A DNA stretch of 64,000 bases from Candidatus Micrarchaeota archaeon (GCA_018812625.1 JAHJDH010000025.1:13726-77725); one strand, 5' to 3'. Positions 26,994-36,876 are shown, counted from the stretch's first letter. Notes: generated from the sequence alone by a model not told the origin. Program-made: numbers and translations.

Positions 26994-28496
26994 CTAGATA
27001 CAATCCTGGATTTCCATCTCGAGTCCTTTGAACTTGTGCAGCCACTTTTGCCTCTCATCTTTGAGCTCCTGCGTTAGTTTTTGATAATCTTCAGAAGAAT
27101 AGTGGCCATTTGGCTCTAGTCTCGAAATATCAATTCCAGGGCAGCTTTCCATAACTTCGTAGCCCCAATCTGGATCTTTTTTCCATTTGATGCTCTCTCT
27201 TGCTATTTCTCTGATTATGGATGCCGAATCCCTCACAGTTATCTTTTCTGTCTTTTTTGTTCCTCCCTCACCAATCTTTCCAGTATTCAGAAGAAAACAT
27301 TTGATGTGGGGGTTTCTCTTTAGTATCTCATAGAATCGATTTCCTTCTTCATGCAGTGGGCCTATGATAAACGGATTTGTTCCAACTACCCTCCTTGTTT
27401 TTCCAGGGTCCACATCTGAAGCAGAGCTTCCAATGGACTCGCCAAGCATAAAGAATGCTGCTCCTTGCTCTGCACTAAGCCTTGCAACAGGAGGAACAAT
27501 CGTATTCCTTCGTGTTATGAAAAGCACAATATCTGTTTTTGGAAGATCAATCTCAATATCCGTATGTCTCATTTCATTTCTTGGAACTACTGCCCTTCCA
27601 TTTGCAGTGTCTGTTGTATCAAAGAAGTCTATGGTTCCATCGGGAAGTACTGCCACGTTTTCAAACAATGCGCTTTTGCCTATTGCAGCTTCATACAAAA
27701 CCCCCTGATTCTCTGCTTCAAGTCCGTCTGTTTTGATGTAGAAGTTTTTTTCAGTGCCAATTGCAGACGAATCTTTATCAAGTAGAACAACATCATCCTG
27801 GCGTATTGCAACTCCTTCTCGCTTTAGAGCATCGAGCCAATGATGGTGGCAGGTTAATGTAGTTTTTCCAGTTGCACTAAGACCAAAGAGCAACACTCCT
27901 TTTTCTTGCAGCTCTCCATTATCAGCAATAACCCTGATTAATTTTGATCCAGCATGCAGTCCAAGTCCCCCCCGCTGCTTTGCAGCAAACATTGCAAGCC
28001 TTAGGTTTGCCTTTTTCAGCTCTCCCGTATAATCTGAACCCAAAATAAATGTAATTTTATCTTTGGGCTCACAAATAATTTTTGTTTCTGGCCATTCTGG
28101 GATTTGAACTGTGATAAAATCCGGATGATCAATCTTCACTTCTTTGAACAGCATCATTCCCCACATTCGTGCTATGTGTGCATACTCTGCAGATACATAC
28201 GCCCTGCAGAAAAATGGTTTTGTAAGGCACATCTGCCGGTCGAGCTGAATGAGCTTTTTGTTTGCAACATATTCCACTACTTTCTGAATTGTTCTCACTT
28301 GTTCTTCTGTTGCTTTGCCCTCTATTACCTGGGTATGCTTGGCACTTCTTCCCTTTAGTTTTGTCTTATAGCAAACACTGCCAAACTTAGTTTCTTTTCC
28401 CTCTCCTTTAGCCATTTCTCGAAGTTCATCTTCTGAAGGGTTAAATATGATTTCTGCATTTTCAATAAGTCTCTCAAGTTCCTTTTTGAAGCTCAT
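26994..28496 (-). CDS. pckA: phosphoenolpyruvate carboxykinase (ATP)
   Basis: Kinase-1a P-loop 'FGLSATGKTTLT', 'RNTIVPPVARL' and C-terminal 'NTGKIGEGG' motifs of ATP-dependent PEPCK. Confidence 0.85.
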   Translation of the reverse strand: MSFKKELERLIENAEIIFNPSEDELREMAKGEGKETKFGSVCYKTKLKGRSAKHTQVIEGKATEEQVRTIQKVVEYVANKKLIQLDRQMCLTKPFFCRAYVSAEYAHIARMWGMMLFKEVKIDHPDFITVQIPEWPETKIICEPKDKITFILGSDYTGELKKANLRLAMFAAKQRGGLGLHAGSKLIRVIADNGELQEKGVLLFGLSATGKTTLTCHHHWLDALKREGVAIRQDDVVLLDKDSSAIGTEKNFYIKTDGLEAENQGVLYEAAIGKSALFENVAVLPDGTIDFFDTTDTANGRAVVPRNEMRHTDIEIDLPKTDIVLFITRRNTIVPPVARLSAEQGAAFFMLGESIGSSASDVDPGKTRRVVGTNPFIIGPLHEEGNRFYEILKRNPHIKCFLLNTGKIGEGGTKKTEKITVRDSASIIREIARESIKWKKDPDWGYEVMESCPGIDISRLEPNGHYSSEDYQKLTQELKDERQKWLHKFKGLEMEIQDCI

Positions 28497-28550
28497 GTCT
28501 TGTTTTAGTTCCCCTTGTTTTTAATTCTCTTCCATTCAAATTATCGTCTG

Positions 28551-30839
28551 ATGCTCAAATCTATTCGCCTTGTTAATTGGAGGTCTCACAAAGACTCAGT
28601 TCTGGAGTTTCGCAGTGGCACCAATCTTCTTATAGGTATAATGGGTGCTGGCAAATCCAGCATTCTAGAGGGCATTAGCTATGCGCTATTTGGTACGTTC
28701 CCAGCACTTGAGAGGCGGAAACTTAAACTAGAAAACCTGATGCGCTTTAATGAAGCAAATTCAAAAGTTGTTCTTGAGTTTGATTGGGAAGATGAAACCT
28801 ATAAAATTGAACGTGAAATAGAGCGGACAAAAAGGGGAACAACTACAACCGCCGAGGTCTTCAAAAACAATTTGCTTGTAGAGCACGGAACCTTCGCCGT
28901 AACAACATTTATTGAAAATCTGACTAATGTTGATTATGATCTTTTTACTCGTGCCATCTATTCCGAACAGAACAATATTGAATATTTTCTAAATTTGGAT
29001 CCAAGAAGGAGAAAGCAGGAAATTGATACTCTCCTTGGGCTTGACAAGTTTGAAACTGCCCGCTCAAACATAGTAACTGTTATAGGAAAATTCAGAACAA
29101 AAAAGAAAACCCTGGAAGAGAGGTTTTCAAAAGAAAAGCTTGCTGAAATAGAATTCAAAGAAAAAGAGCAGCTTCAAAAGATTTCCAGCGCCGAAGTCAA
29201 ACTCAGAGAGCTTCTTGTAGCTCTGGATGAAAATCAAAAGCAGCTTGCATTGCTTCTTGAGTCCTTTAACTCAATGAAAGCCCAAAAAGAAAAATTCGAA
29301 TCTCTTGAAAAACAATCTATTTTTCTTTCTGCAGAGTGCACATCCATCGAAAAGCAAATCATTCCAATTCCCGAAATGGCTATTGAAAGTGCAAAAGAAA
29401 AACTCATATATCTTCAAAAACAGAAGGAACAACATTCCCTTTCTCTAAGATCTCTTGATCAAAAAATTTCTGATTTATCCAAAGAAGCAGGTTCCATATC
29501 TGCAAATCTCAAAACTGGAGCCGAATCCAATTCCCGTTGTCACAATATGAGGAAAGAGCTTGCTGCTCTTCTTGATGATCGGACTATTGAAACTCTCAAA
29601 GCTGAGCAAAAAGAAGTTTCACAAACTCTTCTTTCATCCAAGTCTGAACTAACTTCACTAAAGCAGCAGATCGAAGAGCTTCAAGAGCTTCTCGTCAAAC
29701 TCAAAGCTGATCTTTCCAAGTGCCCACTTTGCTCAAGCAATCTCACTGATCAATCAATTTCTCATATCAAAGAAGAGCGTGCGGAGTTGATTTCACAAAA
29801 AGAAAAACGAATTGGAGAATTGTCCTCTCTTGTAGCTCAAAATCAAAAACAAAACGAGTTGCTTGAAGAAAAAATACGCAAAGCCACCTCTCTTTCTGAA
29901 AATCTTAGTTCAATTGCTCCAGTAGATTTAGAAAAAATGAAATCCCATGCACTTGAACTTGAAAAGCAATCCACAATTCTTCTTTCTGAAAAAAGTATTT
30001 TAGTAGAAACTACGGATGTTCTTGGAAAAGAATCTGAAAAACTACGTCTTGAAGTCTCAAAATATGAGGATATACTAAAGAAAACCAAACTTCTTGAAGA
30101 GACATCAAAAAAACTTGCAGAAGTAAAATCCCAACTTTCCCATCTTTTATTTGATAAAGAAGCATTTGAATCAATACGAGTCAAAACTGAATCTGCCAAA
30201 CTCGATCTTGAGAAATTAAATTCATCCAAAACAATGCTTGAAACTGAGCAAAGAATTACTAAAGATCATCTCAAATCCATTTCAGAAGAGCTGAATTTGC
30301 TTCGCACTATAAGCTTAGATATCCAGAACTTGTATGAACTTGAGGATCAGCTCCTAATTTATAAAAATGCTCTTCTTGAAACCCAAACCAGCCTTCGAAG
30401 CAGCCTTACAGATGCAATTAATGGTGCTATGAATGAGATCTGGCCTATTTTTTATCCATACAACAATTACAAGGCTCTTCGTTTGTCTGTTAGTGAAAAA
30501 GACTATCTATTTGAAGTTAATGACGGAGCTTGGAAATCTCTTGATATTATCGCAAGCGGAGGAGAGCGTGCTAGTGCTGCGCTCACATTACGTGTTGCAC
30601 TTGCCATGGTTCTCACGCCAAAACTCAGCTGGCTTATTCTTGATGAACCAACGCATAACCTGGATTCACAGGCTGTTGAGATGTTATCATCTGCTCTTCA
30701 ATTTAAAGTTCCAGAAGTAGTCAAACAAACCTTTGTTATCACTCATGACGAAGCATTTATGGGATCTGATTTTGCATCAAACTATAGGCTCACTCGAGAT
30801 AAAGAAAATAATGGAGAAACAAAAGTAGAATCTGTTTAA
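28551..30839 (+). CDS. rad50: Rad50-like DNA double-strand-break repair ATPase
   Basis: Walker A 'GIMGAGKSSILEGISYALFG'. Long coiled coil with central zinc hook 'KCPLCSS'. Signature 'SGGERASAALTLRVALAM'. Walker B / D-loop 'LILDEPTHNLD'. H-loop 'FVITHD'. Confidence 0.8.
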   Translation: MLKSIRLVNWRSHKDSVLEFRSGTNLLIGIMGAGKSSILEGISYALFGTFPALERRKLKLENLMRFNEANSKVVLEFDWEDETYKIEREIERTKRGTTTTAEVFKNNLLVEHGTFAVTTFIENLTNVDYDLFTRAIYSEQNNIEYFLNLDPRRRKQEIDTLLGLDKFETARSNIVTVIGKFRTKKKTLEERFSKEKLAEIEFKEKEQLQKISSAEVKLRELLVALDENQKQLALLLESFNSMKAQKEKFESLEKQSIFLSAECTSIEKQIIPIPEMAIESAKEKLIYLQKQKEQHSLSLRSLDQKISDLSKEAGSISANLKTGAESNSRCHNMRKELAALLDDRTIETLKAEQKEVSQTLLSSKSELTSLKQQIEELQELLVKLKADLSKCPLCSSNLTDQSISHIKEERAELISQKEKRIGELSSLVAQNQKQNELLEEKIRKATSLSENLSSIAPVDLEKMKSHALELEKQSTILLSEKSILVETTDVLGKESEKLRLEVSKYEDILKKTKLLEETSKKLAEVKSQLSHLLFDKEAFESIRVKTESAKLDLEKLNSSKTMLETEQRITKDHLKSISEELNLLRTISLDIQNLYELEDQLLIYKNALLETQTSLRSSLTDAINGAMNEIWPIFYPYNNYKALRLSVSEKDYLFEVNDGAWKSLDIIASGGERASAALTLRVALAMVLTPKLSWLILDEPTHNLDSQAVEMLSSALQFKVPEVVKQTFVITHDEAFMGSDFASNYRLTRDKENNGETKVESV

Positions 30840-31729
30840 CTGTAAATCTCTTCTTCAAGTCTTGTAACAATGTCAAGTTCATCAGAAGCTTTCTTTCCTG
30901 TTTTGCCCTGATACCATTCATCACAGCTCTTTTCATTTTCAGCTGCATAGCATGCAAGAGATACATATACATCTTCTCTTGAAGCTATATCAAGAGAAAA
31001 CAAATATTGTAGGACGCTCTTGAACTCCTCAATAACATATGATCTTTTTCTAGATGCTCTCATTCTTCGAAGATCTGTTAGTTTCATGTCATTTTCTCCA
31101 AGAAGAATATTGTTGAGGGTAAATCTCCCCATGATAAGGTTATTAGAATGCAATGCGGATATTTTTTCAGTAATAAGGGTAACTAATCTGCTTTTGCTTT
31201 CTCTGTCAAGTCCATCTACATCAACATAATGGACCCCACCCTTTGATATTCTTGTATCAAAAGCCCAAGATTCGCTATCTACTTTGGAAATTACATAATC
31301 TGTTCCCAGCTCAGTTCGAAGGAATCCTACAATATTTTCAAGCGCTCCTTTGATCTTACCATATGCATTGTAGATGGCCTGGGCAATCTCCTTTACTGTT
31401 TTTCTTAAAATATAAGTTGTATTTTGATGAACAAAACTAATGCTGTCTGCTCCGTCTCTTGCTGCAATTCTATAAAGTGCAGTAAGATTTTCTCCTGCTC
31501 TAAATTCCATCTTCTTTATTCTAATGCTTGGCGAACTGCTCTTATTCCATCCATATTCAACGGTTACCATATCCTTTGATTCTTTTTTCTTTGAAGATAT
31601 TGGAACTTCTTTAGTAAACTCTGGCAATTGCTCATCCTCACGTTTTCCTGCTTCTAGAATTGTAAGTCTTTCTGCAGCATCTGGTACATGTAATTCTGAG
31701 TACTCCGTTTTTTTCATCCTATCGGTCAC
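30836..31729 (-). CDS. atypical kinase-fold protein (Bud32/RIO/Kdo-kinase-like) with substituted catalytic loop
   Basis: 'LHSNNLIMGRFTLNNILLGENDMKLTDL' aligns to the 'HGDLxxxNILL...IDF' catalytic / DFG region. The catalytic His-Gly-Asp is replaced by Met-Gly-Arg. Confidence 0.4.
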   Translation of the reverse strand: MTDRMKKTEYSELHVPDAAERLTILEAGKREDEQLPEFTKEVPISSKKKESKDMVTVEYGWNKSSSPSIRIKKMEFRAGENLTALYRIAARDGADSISFVHQNTTYILRKTVKEIAQAIYNAYGKIKGALENIVGFLRTELGTDYVISKVDSESWAFDTRISKGGVHYVDVDGLDRESKSRLVTLITEKISALHSNNLIMGRFTLNNILLGENDMKLTDLRRMRASRKRSYVIEEFKSVLQYLFSLDIASREDVYVSLACYAAENEKSCDEWYQGKTGKKASDELDIVTRLEEEIYS

Positions 31730-31789
31730 CTGGGCTAACTACGTTTATATATTTTAGGCCACAAAGTATTTATAAATCTGTGTATCTAC

Positions 31790-32533
31790 CTAATCTGTCT
31801 CTATTCTTGGCGCAAGGAAATACACGACGTGTGCTCCTTCAATATCATATTCAAGCTTCAATGGTCTATCCGTCTCTAGGTTTATCTTTACCTGAGAATT
31901 GGAATTAGTTGCCTTTACCATATCCTCTAGATATTGCAGCGGGAATGTTGCCTTAGATCCATTTTCTGTTTTGATTTCTGAAACTTCATCCCCCCCCTTT
32001 TCAAATTCAGCTCTAACATCTCCATTTTCTCCTCTGACATCAACAACAAACTGTTCTGGAGTTAGCTGAAGCCTCACATGCGAACTTATGAGCTTTGCAT
32101 CTTTGAGAGTTTCTTTGATGGCGTCTGCCTTTACAATGGCATAATTTCCAAATTCGATCTTTGGCTCTTTCTGTACTCTGTCTCCTGTCTCTATTAATGG
32201 AATTTTGAAAGTTCTCTTGTGCTTTTCGCCAAGAAACCTCACGACTAGTCTTCCTTCTTCTGTTGAAAGCTCTACTCTCTCCCCCCGTTTTCCTCTTCCT
32301 AAAATATTTGCAAATTGTCCAATATCAATTCCAAGTTTCATTTCTTCTGGAACGCTATACTCGACAAATGCCTCTTTAGGCATTCGAAATGATACCATTG
32401 AAATCTGTGATGGATCCATTGCCTTTAGAACAAGTCCTTCATTTCCAAGTTCAAATTGTCCCTCTTCGACCAAACAAACAATAGAATCAATTGCGGATTT
32501 TAGTGCTGGGGCCTCCTGAATTACTAATTTCAT
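31790..32533 (-). CDS. pcna: DNA polymerase sliding clamp PCNA
   Basis: About 247 aa with two-domain clamp pattern and C-terminal 'FPLQYLEDM'. This is archaeal PCNA length and motifs. Confidence 0.8.
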   Translation of the reverse strand: MKLVIQEAPALKSAIDSIVCLVEEGQFELGNEGLVLKAMDPSQISMVSFRMPKEAFVEYSVPEEMKLGIDIGQFANILGRGKRGERVELSTEEGRLVVRFLGEKHKRTFKIPLIETGDRVQKEPKIEFGNYAIVKADAIKETLKDAKLISSHVRLQLTPEQFVVDVRGENGDVRAEFEKGGDEVSEIKTENGSKATFPLQYLEDMVKATNSNSQVKINLETDRPLKLEYDIEGAHVVYFLAPRIETD

Positions 32534-32729
32534 AATATACCTCTCGTTTATTTATTGGAAAAAAACCCTAATATACCTTGCGGCTATCCCTTTTTTCCTT
32601 CTCCTCTCTAAAATCTCATAAAATCAGGTATCTAGCGGCAACTCGGTAGCTACTCTTGTCATCATTGATCAGTCTGGGACGGTGTCGTCATCGCTGCCTA
32701 TTTGTATTTTAGGCGGGCGATTTTAAAAA

Positions 32730-33737
32730 TCATTCAATTTTATGCTGACGGACTTTTATCCCGGCTTCCTTGAGCAATTCCATTGGAACCTTTGCAACTG
32801 GGTAGTCTACATTGTACACGACTTCTTTGATTCCTGCATTGATGATCATCTTAGTGCATATGATGCATGGGGAAAACGTTGTATATATCGTGGTATTCTT
32901 GATACTGATTCCATGGTATGCTGCCTGAACAATCGCGTTTTCCTCCCCGTGACTGCAAACACAATCTTCAAGGCCTTTTCCAGATTCAGTAAAATTATTG
33001 CATCTTGGACACCCTCCATCAGAACAATTTTTTATCCCTCTTGGAGTTCCATTATAACCTGTCGAAACAATTCTCTTGTCCTTGACAATTATTGCCGCGA
33101 CTTTTCTTTTCATGCAATTGGATCTTGTTGCAACGACCTTTGCAATGCTCATAAAATATTCATCCCAGCTAGGCCTGATAAGTTTAAACTCATCTGAGAG
33201 CTCAGCTAGGGTTGCGTTTATTTGGTCATGTAACATATCCATGCTTCCAGCATTATTGATTTTCTTGTCTGCAAGTGCAAATGTCCCCAAGAGATTTTGT
33301 TTTGTTTTATCCTCGTTTTCCATTTCTATTTTTTCAATCTCAACAAAAGCATCAAATGTCTGAGGGTCTTCCTCTCTCTGTCTTTTCTTGGTCCTTTCAA
33401 ATCTAACTTCCTGAGGGGCAGTTATGTGGATGAGATAAAATCTTCCTAATTTTTTCAGTTCCTCTACTTCTGCCGGATTTCTAATTGAATCAATTACATA
33501 GTTCTTGTCTTCCTGAATCTTTTCAACCATGCGTTGTCCAAGTGCACCCGGTCCATGTGCCTGCCGAAGAGCATTCCCCTTTTCTATTAAATTTTCTCTT
33601 GTAATTGCCTTTCCTTCTGCTCTAAGTTCCTCGCGAATTATATCTGAAAGCGAGTAAAAATAGAAACTTTTTTTCTTCAGGTGTTCTGCAACTGTGCTTT
33701 TTCCAGCGCAGTTTTCTCCAGTAAGTCCAATGATCAT
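32730..33737 (-). CDS. fusion protein: N-terminal P-loop (d)NMP/dephospho-CoA-kinase-like domain + C-terminal dCMP deaminase
   Basis: N-terminus 'IGLTGENCAGKSTVAEHL...VIDSIRNPAEVEEL' is P-loop-kinase-like. C-terminus 'CSHGEENAIVQAA...PCIICTKMIINAGIKEVVY' is the zinc-binding H-x-E / PC-x2-C cytidine/dCMP deaminase motif. Confidence 0.65.
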   Translation of the reverse strand: MIIGLTGENCAGKSTVAEHLKKKSFYFYSLSDIIREELRAEGKAITRENLIEKGNALRQAHGPGALGQRMVEKIQEDKNYVIDSIRNPAEVEELKKLGRFYLIHITAPQEVRFERTKKRQREEDPQTFDAFVEIEKIEMENEDKTKQNLLGTFALADKKINNAGSMDMLHDQINATLAELSDEFKLIRPSWDEYFMSIAKVVATRSNCMKRKVAAIIVKDKRIVSTGYNGTPRGIKNCSDGGCPRCNNFTESGKGLEDCVCSHGEENAIVQAAYHGISIKNTTIYTTFSPCIICTKMIINAGIKEVVYNVDYPVAKVPMELLKEAGIKVRQHKIE

Positions 33738-33836
33738 AAAAATCCTCCAAAACAATATATATTCGACATGGATTTAAATCAAAGCTCAGTCTCATCCTTG
33801 GAGAATAATTAAATCACTAACCTATGAATTAATCTC

Positions 33837-34421
33837 ATGAAAATTACAACTGAGGGCTCATCTTTAATGGCCTTAAAGGATTACAACACCAGCCATTTCT
33901 TTGGAGGTTTTATTTTTCTGGCAGTTGGAATTGTTGCTTTATTGGCATTTTTGCCTTCTGGTGAGATTCTCCCAATTGCATTTACCGGGATTTTTGTCCT
34001 GGCGGGCCTTGGCATTCTTGCCTCAACAAAACTTGTAAATATAACTCTGAACAAGGGAACTAGCAAAGCAAGATTCTCTCTCTGGAGCATCATAAAGCAA
34101 GAAGCTCGGGAGGTAAGCCTGCAGACTATCACAGGAATTACTCTTGAAAAAGAGCACATCAGTTCCAGAAGATCAACCCGGCGTCAGTTCATTATCAATT
34201 TTGTTCTTGAAGGCGGCGAAGCGTTGCCATTTGAATTTGGCTCTTTATCTGGCGGGATGGACATTCTTACCAATCCAGAAGAAGGGATTCGGAACAAGGC
34301 AAAAGAGGTCGCGGCATTCCTCAATGTTCCACTCAAGGAAATTGGTCCTCCTTCTGCTGCAGAAACTCTCTCAGCTGTTAAGGACGTAATTATGTCTAAG
34401 ATGGAAAAACACAAGCAATAA
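33837..34421 (+). CDS. hypothetical membrane protein
   Basis: Two N-terminal TM helices, then a soluble C-terminal domain. No motif recognised. Confidence 0.35.
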   Translation: MKITTEGSSLMALKDYNTSHFFGGFIFLAVGIVALLAFLPSGEILPIAFTGIFVLAGLGILASTKLVNITLNKGTSKARFSLWSIIKQEAREVSLQTITGITLEKEHISSRRSTRRQFIINFVLEGGEALPFEFGSLSGGMDILTNPEEGIRNKAKEVAAFLNVPLKEIGPPSAAETLSAVKDVIMSKMEKHKQ

Positions 34422-34423
34422 TC

Positions 34424-34978
34424 CTAATTGATTTTTTTCACACCTGAATACTGGAATATTGCAATAACCATTCCAACGAGAATTATCTTAATTACTCTTG
34501 GAACTTCAGAGAAGAATAATCTGTAATTTTCTGAAATTGTGCACATTGGAATAAACCAGGAACTGAATCCAAACAAGTGTCCAACTGCAAGCGACCAGAA
34601 TATCGCCAAGGAGAAAAATGCAGCTCCATTTATCTTTGCTTTGTTGATCAAAAGTACAATTCCTGCCCAGAGCGATATCCACAAGATGCTTGCAATCACG
34701 GGGCCCAAATATCCGCTTTCAACAAAAATAAATCTGGCCAGTGGGTTTCCCTCTCGGTATGGATCAAGAAATGTTCCCTTTGCTGTAACAAGGATATCCA
34801 AAGTTCCAAAAACAATCCAGAATACAATTGGCGGAGCATATGTCCACAATTCCTTCTCAAGCCCATTTTGCAGATATAATTTTATCCAAATAATAATACT
34901 GACAATAATCGAAGATAATACCAGAAGCTGGAGAATCAGCACTTCCCCACTTCCAACGATATCAAAATAATGGCACAT
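34424..34978 (-). CDS. hypothetical polytopic membrane protein
   Basis: Five to six TM helices with a 'REGNPLARF' loop. Family unknown. Confidence 0.35.
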   Translation of the reverse strand: MCHYFDIVGSGEVLILQLLVLSSIIVSIIIWIKLYLQNGLEKELWTYAPPIVFWIVFGTLDILVTAKGTFLDPYREGNPLARFIFVESGYLGPVIASILWISLWAGIVLLINKAKINGAAFFSLAIFWSLAVGHLFGFSSWFIPMCTISENYRLFFSEVPRVIKIILVGMVIAIFQYSGVKKIN

Positions 34979-34982
34979 AAGA

Positions 34983-36722
34983 TCAGAAGAATTTCAAAAT
35001 CATTTTTTTCATTTCTTCAAAGAGTTCTTTCTCTTCCTTGCTGAGCATGTCTATCCTCTCATTCCAAACATCTATCTCGTCTTTGGTCATGTATGTGTAG
35101 AGGACATCTCCTTCTGCAGCATCCTTTGGAATAGTCATCCCCTCGCAGGAAATTGCAAGTTCATCTCCAACAGAAGCTTCCAAAACTTTCTCCTTATCTT
35201 TTTGGATTTCCCGAACCTGGCCAACAATTTCTCCAGATTTATTCATAAGCCTGTAATTCTTTTTCAATCTTCCAGCAAGAACATTAACTCCAAAAATCGC
35301 TGGTTTTGATACTCGAAATACATATCCGTTCAGTATTTTGATCTTGCCCGGGCATGTGAGCTTTGTCAGAGCTTCTTTTTTCATATTCTCTTTTTCTGTT
35401 TTTACCCACTGTTGATATTCTTCAATTACTTTGTATACAATATTGCTATAGATGACAGGAACATTTGCATTTTTGCTCTCTTCTCTTGCTTCTTCTAAAA
35501 CCTTAACATTAAATCCAAGAATGGCCCTGAGGAATCTATCTTCCTGAGCTCCAGCTGCCAGTATGTCTCCTCTGGTAATATTTCCAACTGCAGCATCCTT
35601 TACATTGATATTTGCATTTTTCAAAAGCGAGAGTAGAGCTTCAACCGAACCAAGGCTGTCTGCTCTGAGAATAACTCCGGCCTCATCACGCTTCTGGAAA
35701 ATAACTTTTTTGAATTGTGTTTCTATTGCAATTCTATCTTTTTCAAAATCATGAATAACTTCAATTGGAGAACCTGGAATTGCATCTTCAAGTCCTGGTG
35801 CGCAGATTTTTACTCCAGCAGCAGCAATAACTTCCTCTATATTGAGAAACTTGTCTCCACCGCTAAGATTTGGCTCAAGCAAACTCCTTACCTTTGTTTT
35901 CTTAATTCCATTTGGAGTCATGTATGCAATCTCATCATTTTTCCTGATGATCCCATCATACACAATAACATCAACAGTAGTTCCAAGTCCTTTCTCGTCC
36001 TTTACTTCGATAATACTGCCCTTCCCCCGTCCATTTTCCTCAATTTCAAGGCGCGCTCCAAGGAATTTTTGGGAAAGGCCCCCAATAATCACTAATAATT
36101 CGCTCAGTCCCTCTTTGGTCTTTGCACTAATCGGTATGATCCCTATTTGCTTAGAGAAATCTTCCACACGGTCGAAGCGTTCACTGTCAAATCCATGCTC
36201 TGAGATTTTCCCCATGATCTCGTACATTTTTTCGTCAAGTCTTTGTTTGATGTGCTCTGGCTGTTTTGAGTAAGATTCCAAAAATGAAGTTGTACCATAA
36301 CTTTTCCATCCGCCCAAAGCATCTATTTTGTTTGCTACGAGGATGAAAGGAGTTTTATGTTGTTTGAGTATCCTGATGCTCTCAATTGTTTGCGGCTGGA
36401 ATCCCTGATTAATATCAACCAGTAAAATAACAAGATCAGCAAGACTGCCTCCTCTATCCCGAAGATTTCCAAAAGCTTCATGTCCTGGAGTATCTATGAA
36501 AAGAAGTCCTGGAATGGTGATTTTAAGTTTCATTTTTTCAGCTAAATCTTTTGCAACTGCATCAATAGATTTTTTTGACACATAGCTTGCTCCTATCATC
36601 TGGGTAATGCCACCTGCTTCTTTCTTTACAACTGCAGTTCCACGGATACTATCGAGGAGGGTAGTTTTGCCATGGTCAACATGAGCAAGAAGACAAATTA
36701 TTGGGGATCTTGTAAATTTCAT
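34983..36722 (-). CDS. infB: translation initiation factor aIF5B (IF2 family GTPase)
   Basis: G1 'AHVDHGKTTLLD', G3 'DTPGHEAF', G4 'NKID'. Four-domain aIF5B length of about 580 aa. Confidence 0.9.
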   Translation of the reverse strand: MKFTRSPIICLLAHVDHGKTTLLDSIRGTAVVKKEAGGITQMIGASYVSKKSIDAVAKDLAEKMKLKITIPGLLFIDTPGHEAFGNLRDRGGSLADLVILLVDINQGFQPQTIESIRILKQHKTPFILVANKIDALGGWKSYGTTSFLESYSKQPEHIKQRLDEKMYEIMGKISEHGFDSERFDRVEDFSKQIGIIPISAKTKEGLSELLVIIGGLSQKFLGARLEIEENGRGKGSIIEVKDEKGLGTTVDVIVYDGIIRKNDEIAYMTPNGIKKTKVRSLLEPNLSGGDKFLNIEEVIAAAGVKICAPGLEDAIPGSPIEVIHDFEKDRIAIETQFKKVIFQKRDEAGVILRADSLGSVEALLSLLKNANINVKDAAVGNITRGDILAAGAQEDRFLRAILGFNVKVLEEAREESKNANVPVIYSNIVYKVIEEYQQWVKTEKENMKKEALTKLTCPGKIKILNGYVFRVSKPAIFGVNVLAGRLKKNYRLMNKSGEIVGQVREIQKDKEKVLEASVGDELAISCEGMTIPKDAAEGDVLYTYMTKDEIDVWNERIDMLSKEEKELFEEMKKMILKFF

Positions 36723-36843
36723 TTTGATTCACCACAATCAGTTAACTTAGTCTTAATCAAACCTCTTTTATTTATTGTATTTTTCTTGATTTCTCTCTAC
36801 AACTCAATATAATACTATTCAATACATTTATAAACATTTTCAC

Positions 36844-36860
36844 ACACATATCATATGTGT
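36844..36860. promoter_or_regulatory. 17-bp palindrome ACACATATCATATGTGT upstream of a small ORF
   Basis: Perfect 8-1-8 inverted repeat, 17 nt upstream of the ORF at 36877. Confidence 0.4.
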
Positions 36861-36876
36861 TCGAAGGCGATCAGCT

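Noticed and set aside
26860-27045. 61-aa minus-strand ORF overlapping the 3' end of pckA.
   Set aside because: It overlaps the pckA C-terminal coding region and extends into the GC-rich hairpin spacer. It has no motif and no start-site support.
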